The notes under the pieces were generated by a model, which worked only from the letters and a program-made list of their open reading frames with translations, was not told the origin of the DNA and made no database searches. A DNA stretch of 40,794 nucleotides from an uncultured Candidatus Saccharibacteria bacterium. GTDB taxonomy: Bacteria > Patescibacteriota > Minisyncoccia > Phycocordibacterales > CAIZLB01. Position numbers and translations under genes: made by a program. Location of the stretch: positions 1 to 40,794 of the forward strand of contig CAYZIG010000001.1 in the NCBI GenBank assembly GCA_964478465.1, given 5' to 3'. This document shows positions 33,610-40,603 of the stretch, piece after piece. Every line of letters starts with the position of its first letter. The stretch's first letter is position 1.

Positions 33610-33672
33610 TATATTTTTATTATCAAAGTAAATAAATAAAAAAGGTACATCAAATTGACATACATTTTTTAT

Positions 33673-33855
33673 TTATATCATATTCAAATAACATTTCACG
33701 CAAACTTCACCCTTACTCGTCGTATACACTCTTGATTTTTCTTTTTCAATTATGCCACATCTGCATTTAAATACAAACTCTTCTATTTTCTTAACTTTTT
33801 CTTGTTTGAGTTCTTTTGAAGTTTTATACATCATTTTTTTCAGCAACCTTTTCAT
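33673..33855 (-). CDS. Small Cys4 (zinc-ribbon-like) protein
   Basis: 60 aa carrying CRCG...CVKC. Confidence 0.35.
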   Translation of the reverse strand: MKRLLKKMMYKTSKELKQEKVKKIEEFVFKCRCGIIEKEKSRVYTTSKGEVCVKCYLNMI

Positions 33856-34249
33856 TATTTTTCTTATAAGTTCTTAACAGTTTTGAAACGCTACTTTTAC
33901 ATATTTTTATACTAATAGAAATCTTTGATAAGCTCATTCCGGAATTGTGCATATCTAAAATTTTTATAAATGTTTCTTCTGGATACTTACTTCTTATATT
34001 CATGTAAGAAAAAAATCTTGGTTTTTTATCTATTACGAAATCTTTATATTTTTTTACTTCTTTTTTTATTTTTTTTACTTGTATTATTTTCTTAATTTTT
34101 ATTTTAACATAATTATTATTAAGCAACTCATATTCTATTTTTTTATGTAACTCTAATTTTGTAAGTTCTTGCAAAATTTCAAGGTTATATTTAATTTTGA
34201 ACTCATCAACTCCAAAACTTTTAATTTTTTCGTATAAGTTCATTTTCAC
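33824..34249 (-). CDS. HTH protein adjacent to the recombinase (possible directionality factor or regulator)
   Basis: The C-terminal MHNSGMSLSKISISIKICKSSVSKLLRTYKK is HTH-like. It starts 4 nt after the integrase stop. Confidence 0.4.
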   Translation of the reverse strand: MKMNLYEKIKSFGVDEFKIKYNLEILQELTKLELHKKIEYELLNNNYVKIKIKKIIQVKKIKKEVKKYKDFVIDKKPRFFSYMNIRSKYPEETFIKILDMHNSGMSLSKISISIKICKSSVSKLLRTYKKNNEKVAEKNDV

Positions 34250-34252
34250 ACC

Positions 34253-35080
34253 TCACTTTTTATTTATTCTATCAAGTATCTCTCTTTGTTCTTCGATGCT
34301 TCCTTTCGTGTATATTCTCGTTGTTTCCAAGTTAGAGTGCCCTAATATATCCGCTAAAGCTAAAACATTATTACTTTCTTTTAAAAAATCTTTTGCGAAT
34401 AAATGCCGGAAGCTATGAGCGTGTACTTTTATTTTGCTTACTCTAGCTTGTCCCGCTATGTTTTTCATTTCTTTCCAAATGTATGACTTATCAAGAATAT
34501 TTCCAAATTTACTTCTGAAAATAATTCCCGATGTTATGCCCTGCTCTTTGCAATAAACCTTCAATTCTTTTGACAGCCCTTTTGAAAGTATTATATCCCT
34601 CTCTTTATTTTTATTAAAGACTTTAGCAGAACCTTTTTTCACTGCCTCAACTGTGATATATTTTAATTCGTCAATTCTTATTCCTGTACCTCTAAGGGTT
34701 TTCATAAGATACATTATATTCTTTTTTTCTAACTTCTCAGCCATTCTGATTAACCTGTCATAATCCGATACCGAAATTATCTTATCGGTGGTATTTTTTT
34801 TCTGGATTTTTACCATTTTAGTTTTTAAGGTTTCGTTCCCGATTAGCCAAGTCACAAATTGATTAATTATAGTGGTTTTATTGTTCACGGATGCAGATTG
34901 ACACGTTTTAATCAAATAATCTTTGTATTCTATAACTTTTTCTTTTGTTATGTCCTTCACTTTTTCGATTTTTAGGTATTTTATCATCTGCATGATGTCG
35001 CTTTTATACTTTTTCAGTGTTCGCTTTGAAAGTTCCCGAAGTTCAAGTTCTTTTAAAAACTCGTCTAGTTTTTTCTCCAT
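34253..35080 (-). CDS. int: Tyrosine recombinase / integrase (XerC/D-like, 275 aa)
   Basis: Catalytic signature TGIRIDEL (Arg I), HAHSFRHLFA (H-x-x-R) and LGHSNLETTRIYT (His...Tyr), with an N-terminal SAM-like core-binding domain. Confidence 0.85.
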   Translation of the reverse strand: MEKKLDEFLKELELRELSKRTLKKYKSDIMQMIKYLKIEKVKDITKEKVIEYKDYLIKTCQSASVNNKTTIINQFVTWLIGNETLKTKMVKIQKKNTTDKIISVSDYDRLIRMAEKLEKKNIMYLMKTLRGTGIRIDELKYITVEAVKKGSAKVFNKNKERDIILSKGLSKELKVYCKEQGITSGIIFRSKFGNILDKSYIWKEMKNIAGQARVSKIKVHAHSFRHLFAKDFLKESNNVLALADILGHSNLETTRIYTKGSIEEQREILDRINKK

Positions 35081-35101
35081 TTTTCACCCACTTTATATTT
35101 T

Positions 35102-35947
35102 TTAAAACATTTTAAGCTGTTGAACTTCGTTTTTTTCTTCATTTTTTACCGTTTTATTAACATTTAACATTTCATTAACTGCTCTATTATAAAAATCTTT
35201 GTGCAATTCAAATCCATAAGCATTTCTTTTTAATTCCTGACAAGCTCTTAAAGTAGTTCCGCTTCCTGCGCATGGGTCAATAACTGTATCGCCTTCATCC
35301 GTAAATATTTCTATTAATTCTTTTAATAAAACAACTGGTTTTTGTGTCGGATGTATTTTAGGAATTTCTTTTCCATCTCTATTCCAATTAAACCAATTAA
35401 AAATCATTTTTCCAGTTCCTCTTATATTTTTACCTTCTTCATCAATTTTTCTTCCATTGTTGAATTTAGGTAGTTTATCACGATATAAAACTACTGCGTG
35501 TTCTGTGGCTCCAACTATTTTCATATTAGCTTTTAAAACTTGTGCGGAATAATTTTTTATAAAAAACAAAGGATAATTATTATTAAATCCATGTTTTTCT
35601 CCGTATTTTATTATAATAGGAATCTGTTCAAAACTACAAAATACTATCATAGCAGGACTTTTTCCTTTTTCTTTAGGTTCTTTTATTAATAATTTACTGC
35701 AAAAATGCATATACTCAGCTATGTTGAAATTATGGTCGGTATTAAAAAATGATTTTCCTGCTTTTTTGCTTTCCCATTGTTTATTATCTCCGTTTATATA
35801 CCATTCTGTACTACTTGCATAAGCGTTTATACCTAAATTATATGGAATATCCGCTATTACTAATTGAGCTTTTGGAATACCATACCTTTTATAATTTTGA
35901 AAATTATCATTGAACATTTTTATTTTATTTTGTCTTATTTTTTCCAT
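35102..35947 (-). CDS. Orphan DNA methyltransferase (N6A/N4C family, beta-class order)
   Basis: Motif IV-like IADIPYN lies near the N-terminus. The AdoMet motif GDTVIDPCAGSGTT lies near the C-terminus. There is no adjacent restriction gene. Confidence 0.85.
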   Translation of the reverse strand: MEKIRQNKIKMFNDNFQNYKRYGIPKAQLVIADIPYNLGINAYASSTEWYINGDNKQWESKKAGKSFFNTDHNFNIAEYMHFCSKLLIKEPKEKGKSPAMIVFCSFEQIPIIIKYGEKHGFNNNYPLFFIKNYSAQVLKANMKIVGATEHAVVLYRDKLPKFNNGRKIDEEGKNIRGTGKMIFNWFNWNRDGKEIPKIHPTQKPVVLLKELIEIFTDEGDTVIDPCAGSGTTLRACQELKRNAYGFELHKDFYNRAVNEMLNVNKTVKNEEKNEVQQLKMF

Positions 35948-35966
35948 TTATTAACCTCCAAATTTA

Positions 35967-36370
35967 ATTATATTGACAAAATCACAAAAAAAGTATTTTG
36001 TCTTTTTTTTAGTGCTCTAAGCATTGATTTCATTAAACATTTTAACTGTTTTCTTTTGGCTGATATAATTACTTATTATATTGACAAAACTTAGTGATTT
36101 TTTAGAGGCTAAAAACCATTTTTATTATAATTTCTAACCTCTAAACTCACTTTTAATCTTATTCTATTTTATCAATTTTTTCAACTTTTTTCAAAAACTA
36201 TTTTTAAAAACCGCTAAGTTTTGATTTTTCTATCAATTTTTAAGTTCAAAATTAATTATATTGATAGAATATTGAAAAAAGTATTTTTTAGGTGTTTTTA
36301 CGTTGATTTTATTGATGTTTTTTAGTGTTTATTTCCCTATTTATTCAAAAAGTATTTTTTAGGTGTTTTT
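35967..36370. repeat. Array of direct repeats in a 426-bp non-coding region
   Basis: ATTATATTGACAAAA is perfect at 35967-35981 and 36075-36089, with a variant ATTATATTGATAGA at 36255-36268. AAAAAGTATTTTTTAGGTGTTTTT is perfect at 36276-36299 and 36347-36370, with a degenerate copy near 35985-36013. TATCAATTTTT words lie near 36169 and 36229. Confidence 0.7.
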
Positions 36371-36373
36371 TAG

Positions 36374-36784
36374 CTATCTTCTTTGTTCTATTTCTTCAGT
36401 TGTTTCTTTTTTTCTTCCATTTCTTATATAATGCGGTAAATCGTCGTTTTCTAGCTCTCCTAACTCTTCATGGTGTATTATTGCCATTAAATTCCACACG
36501 GCCGCCGCCAAATTATCCTCTGTTTCATCACCTTGAACATATTTGTTAATGTGTCGTTTTGCACTGTCAAGGTATCTTGAGAACTTCATACCTTTTTCCC
36601 AGTTACGGTCAGCATATTTTTTTGCTCCCAATTCAAACCATTTTGCCAATCTTTCTTCTGCAAAAGGGCTTATTAAATCAAATCTGCCTTTCCCTGTTGT
36701 AACCTCTCTAATTGCTTTTCCTTCGCCTTGTGAAATTATTTCATTTGTACTATTTATATTATTTTCAAATCCCAAAATTATCAC
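36374..36784 (-). CDS. DUF5664 / dATP-dGTP diphosphohydrolase-like all-alpha NTP pyrophosphatase
   Basis: GKGRFDLISPFAEERLAKWFELGAKKYADRNWEKGMKFSRYLDSAKRHINKYVQGDETEDNLAAAVWNLMAII follows the family pattern (K.rydL.p ... GakKY..rNW.kG ... RH ... D ... a.Nl). The family is recalled, not searched. Confidence 0.65.
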   Translation of the reverse strand: MIILGFENNINSTNEIISQGEGKAIREVTTGKGRFDLISPFAEERLAKWFELGAKKYADRNWEKGMKFSRYLDSAKRHINKYVQGDETEDNLAAAVWNLMAIIHHEELGELENDDLPHYIRNGRKKETTEEIEQRR

Positions 36785-36805
36785 TCCTCATAAATTATTT
36801 TTATC

Positions 36806-37006
36806 TTAATATGACTTTTTGTTTTTTTCATATTCTTTCACAAATTCAAGTTCTCCAACCACTAATCTACTATAACAGCACTTTTTAAATTTTTTACCGC
36901 TTCCGCATTTACATTTATCATTTCTTTTTATCTTAATACCTTTTATAGGTTCTCCATTGTTACTTATGCTCCAAACTTTAATATTCATTATTTCACTACT
37001 CCTCAT
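36806..37006 (-). CDS. SEC-C motif mini-protein (probable start ATG 36988)
   Basis: CKCGSGKKFKKCC is the SEC-C metal-binding motif. The second ATG is preceded by GAGGAG at a suitable distance. Confidence 0.6.
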   Translation of the reverse strand: MRSSEIMNIKVWSISNNGEPIKGIKIKRNDKCKCGSGKKFKKCCYSRLVVGELEFVKEYEKNKKSY

Positions 37007-37289
37007 AAATTATTTTCATTCCTATTTCCACAGCCTTTTCATGCTCCAACTGTGCCCCTTTGCTATCTTTCCAATTATTCATCATAAATATAGTGTCACA
37101 TAATTCAAGTATCATCAAATCCGCCGCCATGTACTGCTCCCAAGTTGCATTAGGGAAGATTAAACTTAGTTTTATAGGATTAAATATTTTACAATCCCAT
37201 CTACCTTGTATATATTTTTCAGCTTCTAAAAACTCTTGAATATAATTTTCGTTTCCTGTTATTTTTCCCGATATATAGATATTTTTCAC
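36996..37289 (-). CDS. DUF4406 (nucleoside 2-deoxyribosyltransferase-like) protein
   Basis: IYISGKITGN...IFNP...WEQYMAADLMILELCDTIFMMNNWKDSKGAQLEHEKAVEIG follows the DUF4406 pattern. Confidence 0.6.
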   Translation of the reverse strand: MKNIYISGKITGNENYIQEFLEAEKYIQGRWDCKIFNPIKLSLIFPNATWEQYMAADLMILELCDTIFMMNNWKDSKGAQLEHEKAVEIGMKIIYEE

Positions 37290-38731
37290 TGTAAATTTAC
37301 CTCAAAACTCATATATTTACTTTTATCAAACAAAATAATCATTGTCTGCCCTGCATCACTTATTAATTCTTTTCCTGCCGCATACTCCAAAACTCCCGCC
37401 AAACTTCCTGTTTGTATTATCTCGCATTTTTTATAAGTTCTTTTTTTAAAACTGTGCCAATGTCCCACCAAACATAAATCAGCATTAAATCCAGACTTGT
37501 CAAAGGAATTATCAATTAATTTTTCTGGTGTCGATTTATCCCCATGCAGTGCCAAAATATTAGCGTGTTTCGTTATTTTCCTGATTACATTTCCTCTTAC
37601 ATTTTCATTAATTTTTATATCTTCGTTTTGTAGGTATCTTTTTAGAAAAATTGGGATTAAATCTTCAAAGTTTTCCTCATCTGTATTATCTTCTTTCCCC
37701 TGCTGTACTCTTCCATGATTTCCATGAATCATATCAACTTCAACGTCAGTATACAAGTATAGTTTCGATATTAATTTTGTAAGTTGTTCCGTAACAAATA
37801 TAATGCTTTCGATTATTTTTAAATCTGACTGCATTCTACTGGAATTGTGTATTATTCCCTCTATCATATCCCCTGTTATTATTATATGCAGTTTTTCAAT
37901 ATCAAACATTTCTATCTCGTTAATGCTCTCTTCTATAAATTTATCAACCCTTTTTTCTGCAACATTTCTATTAAAAATATTGTATGGATTATTTGTCTTA
38001 GCTCCGAAATGCCAATCCGTTAGATGCACAATTCCTTCATTTCCAAGATAAACCGTTTTTTTAGGTTTTTCAATTCTTTCCGGTATTTCAATTTTTATAT
38101 CTTTCATTCCTTCAATTATTTTTTCTACCAAATATTCTTTTTGATGCAGTTTTTTTAATTCTGTTTCCATATCTTTGTATTTTTTGTTGTGTAAAGACTG
38201 TTTATACTGTCGTTTCTTTTCAATTCTGGTAAGTTCTGCAAGGTCTTCAACATCGTTATTATCAATATCCTCATTGATATAAGGTACCGAGTTTTTCTTC
38301 ATTCCATACGCCGTTTTAACTGCGTAGAACTCTTCATCAGTCCATTTCATTTCAAGAGCGGTATCTTGCATCGTCATCGAACCCTTACCACCACAAAACA
38401 ACTTCATTGCTTTTCTAACTTCGTCTTTTGTAGTTTCTATTTTCAATCCGTCGCCATAGTAAACTATTACACTATCACCATTTTCAATAAGTTTCGGTTT
38501 ATACTGTACTTTTCCGCTTTTTTCGTCAATTTCTGCATCAATTTCTTTTTCTTCGGTGATTTTTAGAAGTTTAAATCCTTTATGATGGTTATATCCTGTG
38601 TTTTCTCCTCTGGTTCTGTAAAAATTCGCCGTGTGTTCTATTCCTACTTCTGAAAACCAAATTTTAAGTTCTTTTTCCGTCTTCGTAAACTCTTCTGAGG
38701 TGTTAATATTTTTTATCAAATATTTTTTCAT
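37286..38731 (-). CDS. Calcineurin-like metallophosphoesterase with ~235-aa unknown N-terminal region
   Basis: The ordered motifs DWH (LTDWHFG), GDMIEG, GNHGR, LHGD and GHWH lie in the C-terminal half. Confidence 0.75.
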   Translation of the reverse strand: MKKYLIKNINTSEEFTKTEKELKIWFSEVGIEHTANFYRTRGENTGYNHHKGFKLLKITEEKEIDAEIDEKSGKVQYKPKLIENGDSVIVYYGDGLKIETTKDEVRKAMKLFCGGKGSMTMQDTALEMKWTDEEFYAVKTAYGMKKNSVPYINEDIDNNDVEDLAELTRIEKKRQYKQSLHNKKYKDMETELKKLHQKEYLVEKIIEGMKDIKIEIPERIEKPKKTVYLGNEGIVHLTDWHFGAKTNNPYNIFNRNVAEKRVDKFIEESINEIEMFDIEKLHIIITGDMIEGIIHNSSRMQSDLKIIESIIFVTEQLTKLISKLYLYTDVEVDMIHGNHGRVQQGKEDNTDEENFEDLIPIFLKRYLQNEDIKINENVRGNVIRKITKHANILALHGDKSTPEKLIDNSFDKSGFNADLCLVGHWHSFKKRTYKKCEIIQTGSLAGVLEYAAGKELISDAGQTMIILFDKSKYMSFEVNLQ

Positions 38732-38747
38732 TTAAACCTCCTTAGTT

Positions 38748-38906
38748 TTATCTATTCTTTTCTTTTCTTTTATTTTCTTGAATGATGCAAATATGAATTA
38801 ATAAATATAACCCGAAAATCCACCACGCTAAATTATTATATCTTACATCTTTGTTAAATGAACATAGAAGTATGAAAATGGTAATAATATTGTCGCCTCT
38901 AGCCAT
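38748..38906 (-). CDS. Small two-TM membrane protein (52 aa; manual ORF)
   Basis: MARGDNIITIFILLCSFNKDVRYNNLAWWIFGLYLLIHICIIQENKRKEKNR. Its ATG abuts the stop of the preceding micro-ORF (TGAATG). Confidence 0.35.
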   Translation of the reverse strand: MARGDNIITIFILLCSFNKDVRYNNLAWWIFGLYLLIHICIIQENKRKEKNR

Positions 38907-39023
38907 TCATTTACCCCTTTTCTCATCGTTTTTTCTATCTGCTTCCTCAAGTTCTAAGTTTTCAAAATATTCTTCATCTTCTTCACACTTTCTACATATA
39001 TAACATTCACCATCACAAGACAT
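38907..39023 (-). CDS. Acidic Cys4 micro-protein (38 aa; manual ORF)
   Basis: MSCDGECYICRKCEEDEEYFENLELEEADRKNDEKRGK, behind GGGAGGTGTAAAA. Confidence 0.35.
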   Translation of the reverse strand: MSCDGECYICRKCEEDEEYFENLELEEADRKNDEKRGK

Positions 39024-39025
39024 TT

Positions 39026-39271
39026 TTACACCTCCCAAGATATTATATACATTCTATTCATTTTAGAAACATCTTTTACTTTTCTTTCAAAACTTTCTCC
39101 TGTTTCTCTATTTATTATTTTTATAGACAAATCTTTCACTTTTCCAGATTCGAAATCATCTAAAAGTAAAAATCTATAATCCGTGTCTGAATATCTTACT
39201 GTACAGTTTTTTATTCCAGATTTTTCCTTTTCATAAAAATTTGTTTTGCTTTTAAAGTCTATATCAGCTAT
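39026..39271 (-). CDS. Start-less ORF, ASCH/DUF3850-like (tentative); non-canonical start or frameshift product
   Basis: 86 sense codons are open from 39286 to the TAA at 39028-39026, with no ATG/GTG/TTG in the first 49 codons. AAAGGGGGG, an SD-like G6 run, lies 7 nt before the ATA at 39271. The sequence DFKSKTNFYEKEKSGIKNCTVRYSD resembles DUF3850. Confidence 0.35.
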   Translation of the reverse strand: MADIDFKSKTNFYEKEKSGIKNCTVRYSDTDYRFLLLDDFESGKVKDLSIKIINRETGESFERKVKDVSKMNRMYIISWEV

Positions 39272-39636
39272 TTTATATCCCCCCTTTCAATTCTTTTTTT
39301 ATCTAAAATATTTTGGATTGTTTTCAATTCTATCTCTGCGACTATGCTTAATCCGATTGCAGCTTGAATAAGGTCTCCAATTTCTTCGGCAAGGTTTTCT
39401 TTGTCTGTATGGTTTACTATTTCATTAAATTCCTCTTCTATCTTTAACAACTGCTCTAAATAGTCCGTTTTATTATACATTTTAAGGTCATACACCCTCA
39501 GTTTTTTACCCTTAAATTCTAGTTCTGTCATATTTTCCGAGTAGTTGCTTTTATTTATTTTAGTTTCTGTCCCTGCCCTTGTTATGCAGTCTGAGCTATC
39601 GCATATATCACAAAGTCCTTTACAAGCATTTTCCAT
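39268..39636 (-). CDS. MazG-like nucleotide pyrophosphohydrolase with Cys-rich N-terminus
   Basis: LLKIEEEFNEIVNHTDKENLAEEIGDLIQAAIGL fits the EExxE...ExxD metal-binding pattern of MazG-type all-alpha NTP-PPases. The N-terminus carries CKGLCDICDSSDC. Confidence 0.5.
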   Translation of the reverse strand: MENACKGLCDICDSSDCITRAGTETKINKSNYSENMTELEFKGKKLRVYDLKMYNKTDYLEQLLKIEEEFNEIVNHTDKENLAEEIGDLIQAAIGLSIVAEIELKTIQNILDKKRIERGDIK

Positions 39637-39960
39637 TTATTTATCCTCCAGTATTTTTATAAGATCTTCCAAACTTCTAACCACAAAATATTCCGCTCCG
39701 TTCTTTATAAATCTTTCCTGTTGGTCTTTCTGATGTTCTGATTGTCTGCCTTTTTCTGTTTTAACTTCAATTCCGATACATTTACAGTTTTTTATAATCA
39801 ATATATCAGGGAATCCTTTTTTAGTTCCTTTTGGTAGTGCTCTGAATCTGTTTTTATCCCATATAGGCGTGTTATTAATTCTCTGAAAAAACAATCTTCC
39901 TATTGCTTCTTGAATTTCTAAATAATCTATTATGCTTCGCTGTATATCGCTTTCTTTCAT
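39637..39960 (-). CDS. VRR-NUC domain nuclease
   Basis: ESDIQRSIIDYL...KGFPDILIIKNCKCIGIEVKTEKGRQSEHQKDQQERFIKNGAEYFVVRSLED matches the VRR-NUC PD-(D/E)xK layout (G.PD ... E.K ... Q). Confidence 0.75.
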   Translation of the reverse strand: MKESDIQRSIIDYLEIQEAIGRLFFQRINNTPIWDKNRFRALPKGTKKGFPDILIIKNCKCIGIEVKTEKGRQSEHQKDQQERFIKNGAEYFVVRSLEDLIKILEDK

Positions 39961-40181
39961 CTTAAATTTTTCAACTCCTTTTCAAGTTTTATAATTTCTA
40001 TTGTTGTTTTTTCAAAATTTTTAACGTCAAAATTTTCTGCAAATATTTCTTTTCTAATTATTAATATTTTTAATTCATCGTTTATTTTTTTAGCTTTAAT
40101 ATTTTTTTTATTTTCTTTTGTTTCTCTCTGTCTTGCTCTTTTCTCATCATTTTTTATCTGTTTTTTAGTTTTAAATTCCAT
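39957..40181 (-). CDS. Hypothetical Lys-rich coiled-coil protein
   Basis: 74-aa ORF with an ATGA overlap with the VRR-NUC gene. Confidence 0.4.
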   Translation of the reverse strand: MEFKTKKQIKNDEKRARQRETKENKKNIKAKKINDELKILIIRKEIFAENFDVKNFEKTTIEIIKLEKELKNLR

Positions 40182-40320
40182 TTATAACCTCCAACTTTTC
40201 AATATTTTTTAACCTATTTTTTAAATATAAAATTTCATTTTTTAAAATATAATATCTTTTTCTACTTTCAAGATGTTGAAATATTAATGCAATCCATAAA
40301 CATATAGTAAAATTATTCAC
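40171..40320 (-). CDS. Possible small ORF (49 aa, GTG start; manual)
   Basis: The GTG lies 7 nt after GGAGG. The sequence NNFTICLWIALIFQHLESRKRYYILKNEILYLKNRLKNIEKLEVINGI fills an otherwise empty gap and overlaps the next ATG. Confidence 0.25.
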   Translation of the reverse strand: MNNFTICLWIALIFQHLESRKRYYILKNEILYLKNRLKNIEKLEVINGI

Positions 40321-40321
40321 T

Positions 40322-40603
40322 CTATAACCTCCAGTACTTATGATTTTCTTTCGTACATTCCTCAGTGTTCACGATTTTAAATTTATCTTTATTAGGGTCC
40401 ATCAAGATTATTCGCAAACATTCTTGATTATTACAGTTACTACAGTTTTTTAGCTTTTCAATTTGTTCTTTTAGTTTTGCGTTTTCTTCAATTAAATCAA
40501 AAGTTATTTTATGTTCTAGCCAAATCGAAGAACTTATTTTATTTGTTTTCATTTTATGTATACAATGTTCTTTTAATTTTTCTAAACTATCCATTTTCAT
40601 CAC
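40322..40603 (-). CDS. Hypothetical protein with CxxC cluster
   Basis: 93-aa ORF behind AAGAAGGTGATG, carrying CSNCNNQEC. Confidence 0.4.
   Translation of the reverse strand: MMKMDSLEKLKEHCIHKMKTNKISSSIWLEHKITFDLIEENAKLKEQIEKLKNCSNCNNQECLRIILMDPNKDKFKIVNTEECTKENHKYWRL

Noticed and set aside
35975-36010. Hairpin GACAAAAT...ATTTTGTC followed by T8 as a plus-strand intrinsic terminator
   Set aside because: There is no plus-strand gene or convincing transcript to terminate, and the stem is entirely AT-rich apart from two pairs. I treated it as part of the repeat array.
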